Shown here: positions 47,277-55,505 of the stretch, piece by piece
Position numbering within the stretch: position 1 is the first letter of the stretch
How the letters are laid out: each line of letters starts with the position of its first letter
Source: Candidatus Latescibacterota bacterium
GTDB lineage: Bacteria; Latescibacterota; UBA2968
Direction: 5' to 3'
DNA length: 64,000 nucleotides
Assembly (NCBI GenBank): GCA_965205975.1
Contig: OZ242195.1
Coordinates: 512,001 to 576,000, forward strand
Program-made: the position numbers and the translations under genes
Notes under the pieces: model-generated
What the model saw: only the letters and a program-made list of their open reading frames with translations
The model's database searches: none
Told to the model about the DNA's origin: nothing

Positions 47277-48836
47277 ATGTCCGAGACCGAACTTATGCAG
47301 CAAGAAATTGATCGTCTGCGTACACAGGTCAAAGCGCTCAAGTCGCGTGACCAGCTTTCTCAGAATTACTACTATTCGGATGCGGCACAAAAAAATTGGT
47401 TGGATGTCACACATATTCCGCAACACGGCATTACTCCAGAAGCAGCGCAGATCATTATTGAGAGTGTCAATGGACTCGATTTCGACTATCGGTTTAACAC
47501 ATCATCTTATGTCAATGTCTTTTTAGAAAAAGAAGAACGAGATATCGCCTTGCTCGGTCTCCATGTCAATATGGCAGACCAGACAGTCTATCCCAATTCG
47601 TACAAATTGCACGATACTGTTGTCAATATGATTGCCAACTTGTGGCATTGCCCAAAACCGGACGATTTTGATGACTATGGCGTGTATGCAGGCGCTGGTA
47701 CCGTTGGTTCAACTGAAGCGTGTTTGTTGGCAGGACTCGCCCTCAAATTCCGCTGGCGAGCCTGGTATGCGAAGCGCAAAAACTTAACGGACAACGATGT
47801 GCTGGGCACCAGACCCAACCTTGTTATTTCCACTTGCTTTCAAGCTGCCTGGGAAAAACTGTTCAAGTATATGGATATTGAGCCACGCCTCATTCAGCCA
47901 TCCGTAGATACCTTTACCCTGGATCCAGAAAAAGTGCGCGAAGCGATTGACGAGCATACGATGGGTGTGGTGTGTATTATGGGGAATCACTACAGTGGTC
48001 ACTACGATCCCATCGAACAAGTCAATGAGGTGGTCGAAGAAGTCAACGCAGTTAGGGGATATCAGGTCGGCATCCACGTAGATGCTGCATCTGGTGGGTT
48101 TATTGCGCCATTTCAGCCAAACCTGCGTCCGTGGGATTTTCGCCTGAATAATGTGTTGTCCATATCTACCAGCGGTCACAAATACGGAGAATCGTGTTGC
48201 GGCACGGGTTGGATCGTGTGGCGGCAACGCAAAGACCTGAGCGAGCATGTCGCAATTTCAGTGACCTATCTCGGTGGCAATGCGGATTCCTATACCCTCA
48301 ATTTCTCCAGACCCGCCAGTGGGGTTTACGTCCAGTATTACCAACTGATTAGGCAAGGTTTGAGTGGATACCAACAATGTTGCGACAACCTGATGCAAAA
48401 TGCAAAATTCTTGCGCGATGGTCTCAAAGCCATGACATACCGCGGGAAGCCGAGGTTCACGATTCTCGACAATGGGGATACAGAATGTTTACCTGTTATC
48501 ACAGCCAGACTGAATCCAGACTGCGATATCAGCTACGACGATATTGACTTACAGCATGTTTTGTCTCAATACCGTTGGTATGTAAGTGGCTATAGAATGC
48601 AATACGAGCATCCCTTGAGCGGAGAGACTTTGCCCTTATTTTACGATCAAGCGGGACAGACATCCATGTTCCGCATCGTGGTAAAAAGCAATTTGACGCG
48701 CAATGTGGCTAAAAAACTCTTAGAGTCATTCATGGGCGCGTTTGAATTTATTGATCCACTTGATTTTACCAAGCTGCATGGATTTAAGACCGAAAGTTTG
48801 CGTCATCAGGATCAGCGCATTACAAACCACTGTTGA
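47277..48836 (+). CDS. Glutamate decarboxylase-like PLP enzyme
   Basis: GTVGSTEAC.LAGLA.K.RW, WEK...Y.D.E, IHVDAASGGF.APF, WDFRL..V.SI..SGHKYG, LNFSRP; AGGAGG RBS. Confidence 0.9.
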   Translation: MSETELMQQEIDRLRTQVKALKSRDQLSQNYYYSDAAQKNWLDVTHIPQHGITPEAAQIIIESVNGLDFDYRFNTSSYVNVFLEKEERDIALLGLHVNMADQTVYPNSYKLHDTVVNMIANLWHCPKPDDFDDYGVYAGAGTVGSTEACLLAGLALKFRWRAWYAKRKNLTDNDVLGTRPNLVISTCFQAAWEKLFKYMDIEPRLIQPSVDTFTLDPEKVREAIDEHTMGVVCIMGNHYSGHYDPIEQVNEVVEEVNAVRGYQVGIHVDAASGGFIAPFQPNLRPWDFRLNNVLSISTSGHKYGESCCGTGWIVWRQRKDLSEHVAISVTYLGGNADSYTLNFSRPASGVYVQYYQLIRQGLSGYQQCCDNLMQNAKFLRDGLKAMTYRGKPRFTILDNGDTECLPVITARLNPDCDISYDDIDLQHVLSQYRWYVSGYRMQYEHPLSGETLPLFYDQAGQTSMFRIVVKSNLTRNVAKKLLESFMGAFEFIDPLDFTKLHGFKTESLRHQDQRITNHC

Positions 48837-48882
48837 ACGGCAAACCTTGAAGTTGATACACGGCTAAAAGAGGAGACGCGCT

Positions 48883-49152
48883 ATGAAAAATAAGAATCCA
48901 ACCTGGCAGGATCGCATTGTCACTGACCCGTTGATACTGGCCGGGAAACCAACAATAAAAGGCACTCGGATTTCAGTGGAACTGATCATGGAATTGCTGG
49001 ACGGGGGGCGCAGCGAAGCCGATATCATTCGCAGGTATTCGCACATTACCCTGAAAGATATCCAGGCCTGTCGGGAGTACGCCGCCACTGGTGCAAAGCT
49101 GTCCAATGTGACCTGGGCGGATATTGACACGATTATGGATGGCAAACGATAG
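48883..49152 (+). CDS. DUF433 antitoxin
   Basis: RIVTDP.IL.GKP.IKGTRISVE.I.ELL..G.S..DI...Y..IT..DI.AC..YA. Confidence 0.9.
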   Translation: MKNKNPTWQDRIVTDPLILAGKPTIKGTRISVELIMELLDGGRSEADIIRRYSHITLKDIQACREYAATGAKLSNVTWADIDTIMDGKR

Positions 49153-49250
49153 ATGAGAATACTGGCTGATGAAAATATATTGGATCAGGTTGTCATCCGG
49201 CTACGTGCTGCAGGCCCTGATGTGCGATAGGCAATGGAAACTGACCAGGG
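49153..49250 (+). pseudogene. DUF5615 PIN-like toxin remnant
   Basis: MRILADENILDQVVIRLRAAGPDVR, in-frame TAG at 49228, then truncated. Confidence 0.8.
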
Positions 49251-49282
49251 TAACTCCACACATACTAAAGTATCAAAAATAA

Positions 49283-49311
49283 TTGACACTATTTTTACAT
49301 TCCTATATATT
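49283..49311 (+). promoter_or_regulatory. Sigma70-type promoter
   Basis: TTGACA-17 nt-TATATT. Confidence 0.75.
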
Positions 49312-49317
49312 TTGAGC

Positions 49318-49458
49318 ATTGCCCCTTCAGACATTCAGTGCTGAAGCCCCCGGACTTGTTAGTGGGTCCGGGTTGAATTTGTAAATAATTAACCACCCCT
49401 GTTGCTTCGGGAGCAGGGCGCGAAGCCGTATAGAGTTCTATACGGCTTCTGCATTTTT
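49318..49458 (+). ncRNA. Candidate structured RNA leader upstream of the NYN gene
   Basis: Consecutive hairpins CTTCAG/CTGAAG, CCCGGAC/GTCCGGG, GGTTGA/TTAACC, CCCTGTT-gcTTCGgg-AGCAGGG, then the 12-bp GAAGCCGTATAG/CTATACGGCTTC stem and a T run. Confidence 0.55.
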
Positions 49459-49467
49459 GGAGTTTTA

Positions 49468-50130
49468 ATGCAAACGAATGTCTATATTGACGGTCTTAAT
49501 CTATATTACAGAGCCGTGCGAGGAACGCAGTATAAATGGCTGGATATAGATGCATTAGTTAAAAAAATGTGTCCCCAAAATACCATTTGCAAAATCAAGT
49601 ATTTCACTTCGATTGTGAGTTCGCGTCCCAATGATCCCGGACAATCAACGCGCCAACAAATCTATCTACGGGCTTTACGTACTTTTTCGAACATTGAGAT
49701 TATTGAAGGTCACTTTTTGACCAGCAAAGTCAGAATGCCACTGGTGACGCCTTCCTCCAAAGGACCAAATACTGCGGAAGTTTGGAGAACGGAAGAAAAA
49801 GGATCAGATGTCAACCTTGCTGTTCACCTATTAAACGATGCTCATAACAAGGATTATGAGGTTGCTATTGTGGTATCAAACGACTCTGACTTAGGGGAGG
49901 CTATCCGCATTGTGACTCAAGATATAAACTTGAAAGTAGGTGTTGTATTCCCTGCGGGTGCGATTGATCCGCGTACTGGCACTCGATATAAACTCCGAAA
50001 ATCACAAACACTTCTAAAATATGCCTCGTTTATACGTCAAATTAGACCTGGTGTTCTCTCACTTAGTCAACTGCCTAATACATTGACTGATGCGAATGGC
50101 ACTTTTCACAGACCACCAGAATGGCAATAA
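49468..50130 (+). CDS. NYN-domain (PIN-like) ribonuclease
   Basis: VYIDGLNLYY, IKYFT, EEKGSDVNLA..L..DA, VVSNDSD. Confidence 0.9.
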   Translation: MQTNVYIDGLNLYYRAVRGTQYKWLDIDALVKKMCPQNTICKIKYFTSIVSSRPNDPGQSTRQQIYLRALRTFSNIEIIEGHFLTSKVRMPLVTPSSKGPNTAEVWRTEEKGSDVNLAVHLLNDAHNKDYEVAIVVSNDSDLGEAIRIVTQDINLKVGVVFPAGAIDPRTGTRYKLRKSQTLLKYASFIRQIRPGVLSLSQLPNTLTDANGTFHRPPEWQ

Positions 50131-50265
50131 AGAAGGATTCCAAGCCCCAGCAGGGCGGCGAAAATCGCCAGGAAACTTGACGAACCAGAAAGCTTCTGGG
50201 TTCAGCTTGCTTTACAGGATATGCTTCGAAAAGAAGATTTGAACCTGGTGGTTTCCATCGTGTGA
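50131..50265 (+). pseudogene. C-terminal fragment of an XRE/HigA-like HTH antitoxin
   Basis: Manual translation RRIPSPSRAAKIARKLDEPESFWVQLALQDMLRKEDLNLVVSIV*, starting directly after the NYN stop. Confidence 0.65.
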
Positions 50266-50338
50266 AGATACACTGAAGCCTCCGAGTGTATCTATCTTTA
50301 CTGAATTCGGAATACGAGATGGTAAATCGGAACATCAT

Positions 50339-50830
50339 ATGACATTTAAGGATCTGATCAATCGCCATACGTGGCCAGGTGTAAAATATCGATTTTTGGA
50401 AACCTATCCCGATGAAGCAGATTGCATAGACGCATATGCAGATGTGTATGAACGCCTGATCTTGCTGACCCCTGTAGAAACTTCTATGCGACTGAGTGTC
50501 ACTGAAAAGGTCGGTGACGACGGTCGTATCTGGGGAGATGTATCTGGTCTTGACGGCACACGCTGGAAAGATCAGGATGAAAACAGCAGAATGCCAGGAT
50601 TGGCAGGAGAAGACGAGGTTCCCTGGGCTATTGAATTTTGCCCCTGGGAGGAGTGGCTTGGAATGGAGATTGATCCTGAAACATTGCAGCAGTTAGACGA
50701 GGTGGATATTCTGATCCACTGTCTTTGGGAAATGACGTTTTGTGGTTTTGAGCAGGAGACCATTCAACAGGAATACAGGCAAATTCTCGATGCCTGGGAA
50801 TCTGTTAAGAATTCAGATTTTTCAACTTGA
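50339..50830 (+). CDS. Hypothetical acidic protein (DUF6557-like)
   Basis: MTFKDLI....W..V...., AIEF.PWEEWLGMEI, HCLWEMTF.GF.QE.IQ. Confidence 0.7.
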   Translation: MTFKDLINRHTWPGVKYRFLETYPDEADCIDAYADVYERLILLTPVETSMRLSVTEKVGDDGRIWGDVSGLDGTRWKDQDENSRMPGLAGEDEVPWAIEFCPWEEWLGMEIDPETLQQLDEVDILIHCLWEMTFCGFEQETIQQEYRQILDAWESVKNSDFST

Positions 50831-50927
50831 GCCGGAGTAACAACACGAAAACGCGCAAGCCACTTTGATCATCTGACAGATGAAGAAATCGATGCTATGG
50901 AACAGGCTGTGCAATTCCCTGAGAGGT

Positions 50928-51044
50928 CTGCTTGACGATGATCAAGCAATATCGCGGACGATGCTTCAAAGAATCGCGATCGCATTGAATCAAAGGGTCG
51001 AGATTAATTTTGTACCAGTGGAAAGGCAACAAGAGGTCGTGTAA
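50928..51044 (+). pseudogene. C-terminal fragment of an XRE-family HTH protein
   Basis: Manual translation ...TMLQRIAIALNQRVEINFVPVERQQEVV*. Confidence 0.55.
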
Positions 51045-51074
51045 AAGTAGCGGGATGAATAGCGGAATCTGTCC

Positions 51075-51142
51075 GTAGAAACGGGGTAACTCCACTCTCG
51101 TGTTGGGTTGGATTTACCCCGTTTGGATTTACCCCGTTTTTA
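51075..51142. repeat. GTAG-started palindrome with a duplicated right arm
   Basis: GTAGAAACGGGGTAACTCCA faces (TTGGATTTACCCCGT)x2 at 51108-51137. Confidence 0.7.
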
Positions 51143-51301
51143 GTGTATAATTTAGAAGGTTCACCTCAATCATCCTGTGCCATCAGTTTTTCATAGGTGA
51201 TGGGTAATTGAAATGTTATACATCAAATCGGGTCAAGTCCATGTTGATAGACTTTGACCTTTGGATAGGTGGAGCAACAAATTTTTGACTGGAGGCAGAA
51301 C

Positions 51302-51493
51302 GTGAAATTTTCAGTGAATTTATCTGAAAATGAGGTCAAACGCCTACAGGCGACCGCTAAGCGACTGAATGTTCCTGTGGAGAAATTGGCTAAGGCAGCA
51401 TTAATCGACCTTTTACATTCGGATGCAGATTTTGAGCACGCTGCGGAGCATGTTCTAAAGAAGAATCGGGAACTCTATCGAAGGTTGAGTTGA
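51302..51493 (+). CDS. Ribbon-helix-helix-like antitoxin
   Basis: GTG after GGAGG; FE.AAE.VL.KN.ELYRRL tail; TGATG overlap with the Doc-type gene. Confidence 0.8.
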   Translation: MKFSVNLSENEVKRLQATAKRLNVPVEKLAKAALIDLLHSDADFEHAAEHVLKKNRELYRRLS

Positions 51494-51879
51494 TGCGTTA
51501 TATCAGTCTGAGTGAAGTGTTAGAACTTCATCGGCGTATTATTGAAGAAAGTGGCGGATCGACGGGGTTGCGTGACCTCGGCGGATTGGAATCAGCCATC
51601 GCCCAGCCCCGTATGACGTTTGGAGGTCGTGATCTTTACCCGACTCTGATTGAAAAAGCAGCCGCATTGTGTTTTTCTCTGGTTCAAAATCACCCGTTCA
51701 TTGATGGAAACAAGCGAGTAGGGCATGCCGCTATGGAAGTCATGCTAATTCTGAATGGGTATGAAATTTATGCTCCCGTAGATGATCAGGAACAGGTCAT
51801 TTTAGAACTTGCTTCAGGGGATGTTTCTCGTGATAAACTGATCGAATGGTTGACAGATCATATTGATGAAGTGAGATAA
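51493..51879 (+). CDS. doc: Fic/Doc (death-on-curing) toxin
   Basis: GLRDLGGLESAIAQP, NHPFIDGNKRVG. Confidence 0.9.
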   Translation: MRYISLSEVLELHRRIIEESGGSTGLRDLGGLESAIAQPRMTFGGRDLYPTLIEKAAALCFSLVQNHPFIDGNKRVGHAAMEVMLILNGYEIYAPVDDQEQVILELASGDVSRDKLIEWLTDHIDEVR

Positions 51880-52184
51880 TGGCAAAACAAAAGGCCGTAA
51901 GTATTGCTTTGTGGGAGCAAAAACTCACGACCTTTGAGGAATTATATAATGAAGCCACACCAAAGGAAAGAAAAGACCTCTTAAGGCTGCATATCAACTA
52001 CCTGATCTATACCCCTGATGGGATTCAACTCGCCTTATTTGACCCCAGTAGCAAAGCGGATAGGCCAAAGGTTCAGCGAGACGGCACATCTGGCTCCGGC
52101 GGTAGGACTCGAACCTACGACCCAGTGGTTAACAGCCACTTGCTCTGCCAGCTGAGCTACGCCGGAACGTCATATTTCCAATAG
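51879..52184 (+). pseudogene. Probable C-terminal remnant of a large serine recombinase reading antisense through tRNA-Asn
   Basis: F.ELY..AT..ERK.LLR..I..LIY..D.I.L.L resembles recombinase tails; the last ~30 codons are the tRNA antisense. Confidence 0.55.
52091..52166 (-). tRNA. tRNA-Asn(GTT), CCA encoded
   Basis: TCCGGCGTAGCTCAG...AGTGG-CTGTTAA-CCACT...GTTCGAGTCCTACCGCCGGAGCCA. Confidence 0.96.
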
Positions 52185-52351
52185 CGATGAAATCTACTGG
52201 AAGTGAATAGTAGTGTCAAGCGCAATTTTTGACCCGTTGACTTTGCAGCGTCTGGATATCAGGGCATTCTCCTTGACATCCTTTTGGTGAACATCTATGT
52301 TTCCAAAGGTTAGCCCAACCATCCAACCTACCAGTCCCCAGCCTCTTGCCT

Positions 52352-53077
52352 ATGTCAGATGAAAAATTGATACAGCGGATTGTTGCCGAAGTTGTGCGGC
52401 GGTTGAAGGCGTTGGAGGGGGGCGCGGTATCTGCACCGATTGACCCGCCGGTGAGTTTGGTGACGGAGGATCTGGTTAAATCTGCGATAAGTCGCGGTGG
52501 CGATGCGGTTTATGTGACGCCCAATGTGATTGTGACGCCGTTGGCGCGGGATTTGATACGGCAGCAGAAGGTGCGTCTGGTGGTCGTGGCTGATGATGAG
52601 GCCGTGATTCAAGAGCCGCAGAAATCGAGTGTATTAGCTATTGGTGCGGACCACAAGGGATTTGAACTTAAGAAACAGATTGTACTTATGTTGCAAGATG
52701 CCGGGCGAGAGGTGATGGATTGTGGTGTGCATAGCCCGCAAGAGGCGTCTTATGTCGGTGTGGCAAAGACGGTGGCTGACGTTGTTCTGGAAAAAAAATT
52801 GATGACGGGTATTGTGGTTGATGGGGGAGGTACTGGGGCTGCTCTCGTTGCGAATAAGGTAAAGGGAATTCGCGCTGTTTCGTGTCACGATGTGACGTCG
52901 GCCAAATTTGCCCGCGCCCATGTGGATGCCAATATTTTGTGTCTCGGTGTGGGCGTGGTGGGTGATACCGTGGCGAAAGAGATTGTTGCGACGTGGTTGA
53001 GTACCCCGTTTGAAGGCGGTCAATATGCCGCGCGTGTTCGAGAAATTGGTGAGGTGGAAGGTGGGAATGAGGATTGA
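52352..53077 (+). CDS. RpiB/LacAB sugar-phosphate isomerase family protein with N-terminal extension
   Basis: AIGADHKGFELK, ANKVKGIRA, AR.H.DANILCLG, W..TPFEGG; extra ~90 aa N-terminus. Confidence 0.85.
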   Translation: MSDEKLIQRIVAEVVRRLKALEGGAVSAPIDPPVSLVTEDLVKSAISRGGDAVYVTPNVIVTPLARDLIRQQKVRLVVVADDEAVIQEPQKSSVLAIGADHKGFELKKQIVLMLQDAGREVMDCGVHSPQEASYVGVAKTVADVVLEKKLMTGIVVDGGGTGAALVANKVKGIRAVSCHDVTSAKFARAHVDANILCLGVGVVGDTVAKEIVATWLSTPFEGGQYAARVREIGEVEGGNED

Positions 53078-53107
53078 GTTGAATGTCTTTCTCAGCAGGG
53101 GGTGTCT

Positions 53108-53878
53108 ATGCTTTCACAGGAGCAACTGGCGCAGTATGACCGGGATGGGTATGTGCTGGTGTCGGGATTGATTCCAGAAGAGACAATTGCCAATGCAGAA
53201 GCTGCGATGTGGTCTGTGCTCGGGATGGATCGGGATGATCCGGCTTCGTGGTCTCCTTTGCCAGACGAAACAGATGGGGTGAATACAATCGCCCGCCAGG
53301 GAGTGATTGAACATTTTGGGGTTCGTGATCCCGCGTTGCTGGCTTGTTGTACGCCCGCGTTTTACGAGGCGCAGAGCCAATTGGTTCGGGAGAATGCAGG
53401 TGCATTTCACTGTCAGAAACCACAACCCGAGGCAGTGTGGGCACGCAGTGTATTTCCGGTTTCGAAAGGCTGGAATTATCTCAGTGGGCATGTCGATGGT
53501 GGACATCGACCTTTTGATGTTTTTCCAGGGTCATTCCGGGTTTCCTCTCTGACTTATCTCGATTCTGGTGTTGCGCAAGGTGGTGGGACCGCGGTCTGGC
53601 CAGGGTCGCATCGGAAGTTCAGCGAGATGGCAGTGCAGGATCCCGATCGGTTTCGAATGCTGTCGGATTTTGCGAAGCCGCAACAAAGGTTCGGTCTGGG
53701 AGAGCCGATTGAGTTGAGGCCGTCCCGAGGCGATGTCATGTTTTTTCATTATTTGTTAGTACACTGCGGATCTCTCAATACAAGCAATAAACCGCGTTTT
53801 GCCCTCCGCTGGATGTGTGCTTGTGACGCATGTCGCATCTGGGAAAAACACGGCGAGTGGAATATCTGGATGCCCTGA
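53108..53878 (+). CDS. PhyH family dioxygenase
   Basis: LSQEQLAQYDRDGY, HVD, GGT.VWPGSH, GDV.F.H..LVH.GS.N....R. Confidence 0.88.
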   Translation: MLSQEQLAQYDRDGYVLVSGLIPEETIANAEAAMWSVLGMDRDDPASWSPLPDETDGVNTIARQGVIEHFGVRDPALLACCTPAFYEAQSQLVRENAGAFHCQKPQPEAVWARSVFPVSKGWNYLSGHVDGGHRPFDVFPGSFRVSSLTYLDSGVAQGGGTAVWPGSHRKFSEMAVQDPDRFRMLSDFAKPQQRFGLGEPIELRPSRGDVMFFHYLLVHCGSLNTSNKPRFALRWMCACDACRIWEKHGEWNIWMP

Positions 53879-53954
53879 TGTTGATGGTTGACTCTGTGTG
53901 GGGAAACCCGTATATTTTTTCCTCTATGACCAGTGTTGTTTTTGCGGAGTATCC

Positions 53955-54413
53955 GTGCTGGATGATGACCTGACAGGCATGAATTTTGCGCTCGAAGAAG
54001 CCCGCGTGGCGGCAAGCGAACAGGAAGTGCCTATTGGCGCTGTTGTGATGCACAATGGCGAGGTAATCGCACGAGATCACAATCGCATTGTCCAGCGAAA
54101 TGATCCCACCGCGCATGCCGAAATGCTCGTTATTGGGCAGGCAACAAAAAAGTTGGGCGTTCGGTGGCTAAATAACTGCACGCTTTACGCAACGCTGGAA
54201 CCCTGTGCGATGTGTGCAGGTGCTATGGTGCTTGCCCGATTGTCCCGGTTGGTTTTTGGGGCTTGTGATCCCAAAACCGGGGCTTGTGGATCCCTGAGAA
54301 ATATTGTGGAAGATACACGTCTGAATCACCGCCTATGTGTGCGCCGAGGCGTTTTAGAAGATGCGTGTGGTCAGGTGTTGCGGGCGTTTTTTCAAACTTT
54401 GCGGAAGAAATAA
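53955..54413 (+). CDS. tadA: tRNA adenosine(34) deaminase
   Basis: EVPIGAV, DPTAHAE, LEPCAMCAGA, FGA.DPKTGA.GS, LNH, FF..LR. Confidence 0.95.
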   Translation: MLDDDLTGMNFALEEARVAASEQEVPIGAVVMHNGEVIARDHNRIVQRNDPTAHAEMLVIGQATKKLGVRWLNNCTLYATLEPCAMCAGAMVLARLSRLVFGACDPKTGACGSLRNIVEDTRLNHRLCVRRGVLEDACGQVLRAFFQTLRKK

Positions 54414-54418
54414 ATAGT

Positions 54419-54508
<90 letters not shown>

Positions 54509-54568
54509 AAAATAAGCACACAGGTGTATGTGTGAGAAAGCTGATAGCTGATCGCTTACAGCTATATA

Positions 54569-54658
<90 letters not shown>

Positions 54659-54677
54659 AAAATATCACGAGGTTGTT

Positions 54678-55049
54678 ATGCCGCATCCCATTCGCATTAC
54701 AGTTGGCGATATTGAACTCGACGCCGAGTTGAACGATTCGCAAACAGCGGACAAAATTCGCGAGGTTTTGCCGCTGGATTGTTCGTTTAATACGTGGGGC
54801 GATGAGATTTATTTTTCAATTCCCGTTCAAGCGGGTCCCGAAGATGCATGTGAAACTGTGGCGTTGAACGACCTCGGATATTGGCCGCCGGGTCATGCAT
54901 TTTGCATTTTTTACGGTCAGACCCCGGCCAGTCATGGAGATGAAATTCGTCCCGCAAGTCCCGTCAATATTATTGGACGGGTGCTGGGCGATGCCACGGT
55001 GCTCAAATCTGTTTCGGGAGTACGCAACATCGTGGTTGAAGCCGTTTAG
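54678..55049 (+). CDS. Cyclophilin-like fold protein
   Basis: AELNDS.TA..I...LP, WGDEIYF, LGYWPPG.AFCIFYG.TP.S, RPASPVN.IG. Confidence 0.85.
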   Translation: MPHPIRITVGDIELDAELNDSQTADKIREVLPLDCSFNTWGDEIYFSIPVQAGPEDACETVALNDLGYWPPGHAFCIFYGQTPASHGDEIRPASPVNIIGRVLGDATVLKSVSGVRNIVVEAV

Positions 55050-55050
55050 G

Positions 55051-55127
<77 letters not shown>

Positions 55128-55182
55128 AAATATATTGTTTAAGAGGCGAGAGGTGAGATTCCTCTTGTATCTCACTGTTTTC

Positions 55183-55457
55183 AGGTCGTGCTAGACGGGG
55201 AGATAGCGGTGCCCTGTAGCCCGCAATCCGCTATAGCGGGGTCGAATTCCACGTCTGAGAACCGGTATTTTGGATCGCGGTCAATGAGTAGGCAGCGTAG
55301 ATCGTCAGGTCCTGCGCAACGTGCCTATGCCGAACCCCGTCAGGACCGGAAGGTAGCAGCGGTAAGCAAATCGGTGCGTGTGCCGCAGGGGCACCTGGCA
55401 GGAGCGAGCGCTCATTGAACGCCCTGGGATAGCGGCTCGAAGCGCGGTGCACGACCT
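55183..55457 (+). ncRNA. ffs: Large (Alu-containing) signal recognition particle RNA
   Basis: Terminal helix AGGTCGTGC/GCACGACCT, Alu-like GCGGTGCCCTGTAGCCCGCAA, helix 8 CAGGACCGGAAGGTAGCAG; directly upstream of dnaX. Confidence 0.93.
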
Positions 55458-55505
55458 TTTTTCAGGTTGGGGGCTGGGGTTGGAAAGGCCCCTTTTGGAG
55501 TTCTT

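Noticed and set aside
49402..49467. TTG-start extension of the NYN ORF
   Set aside because: It runs through the hairpins; GGAG precedes the ATG at 49468, which matches the family N-terminus.
44607..51879. Integron cassette array
   Set aside because: Genes are co-oriented, but I found no convincing RYYYAAC...GTTRRRY attC hairpins and no integron integrase. IntegronFinder would settle it.
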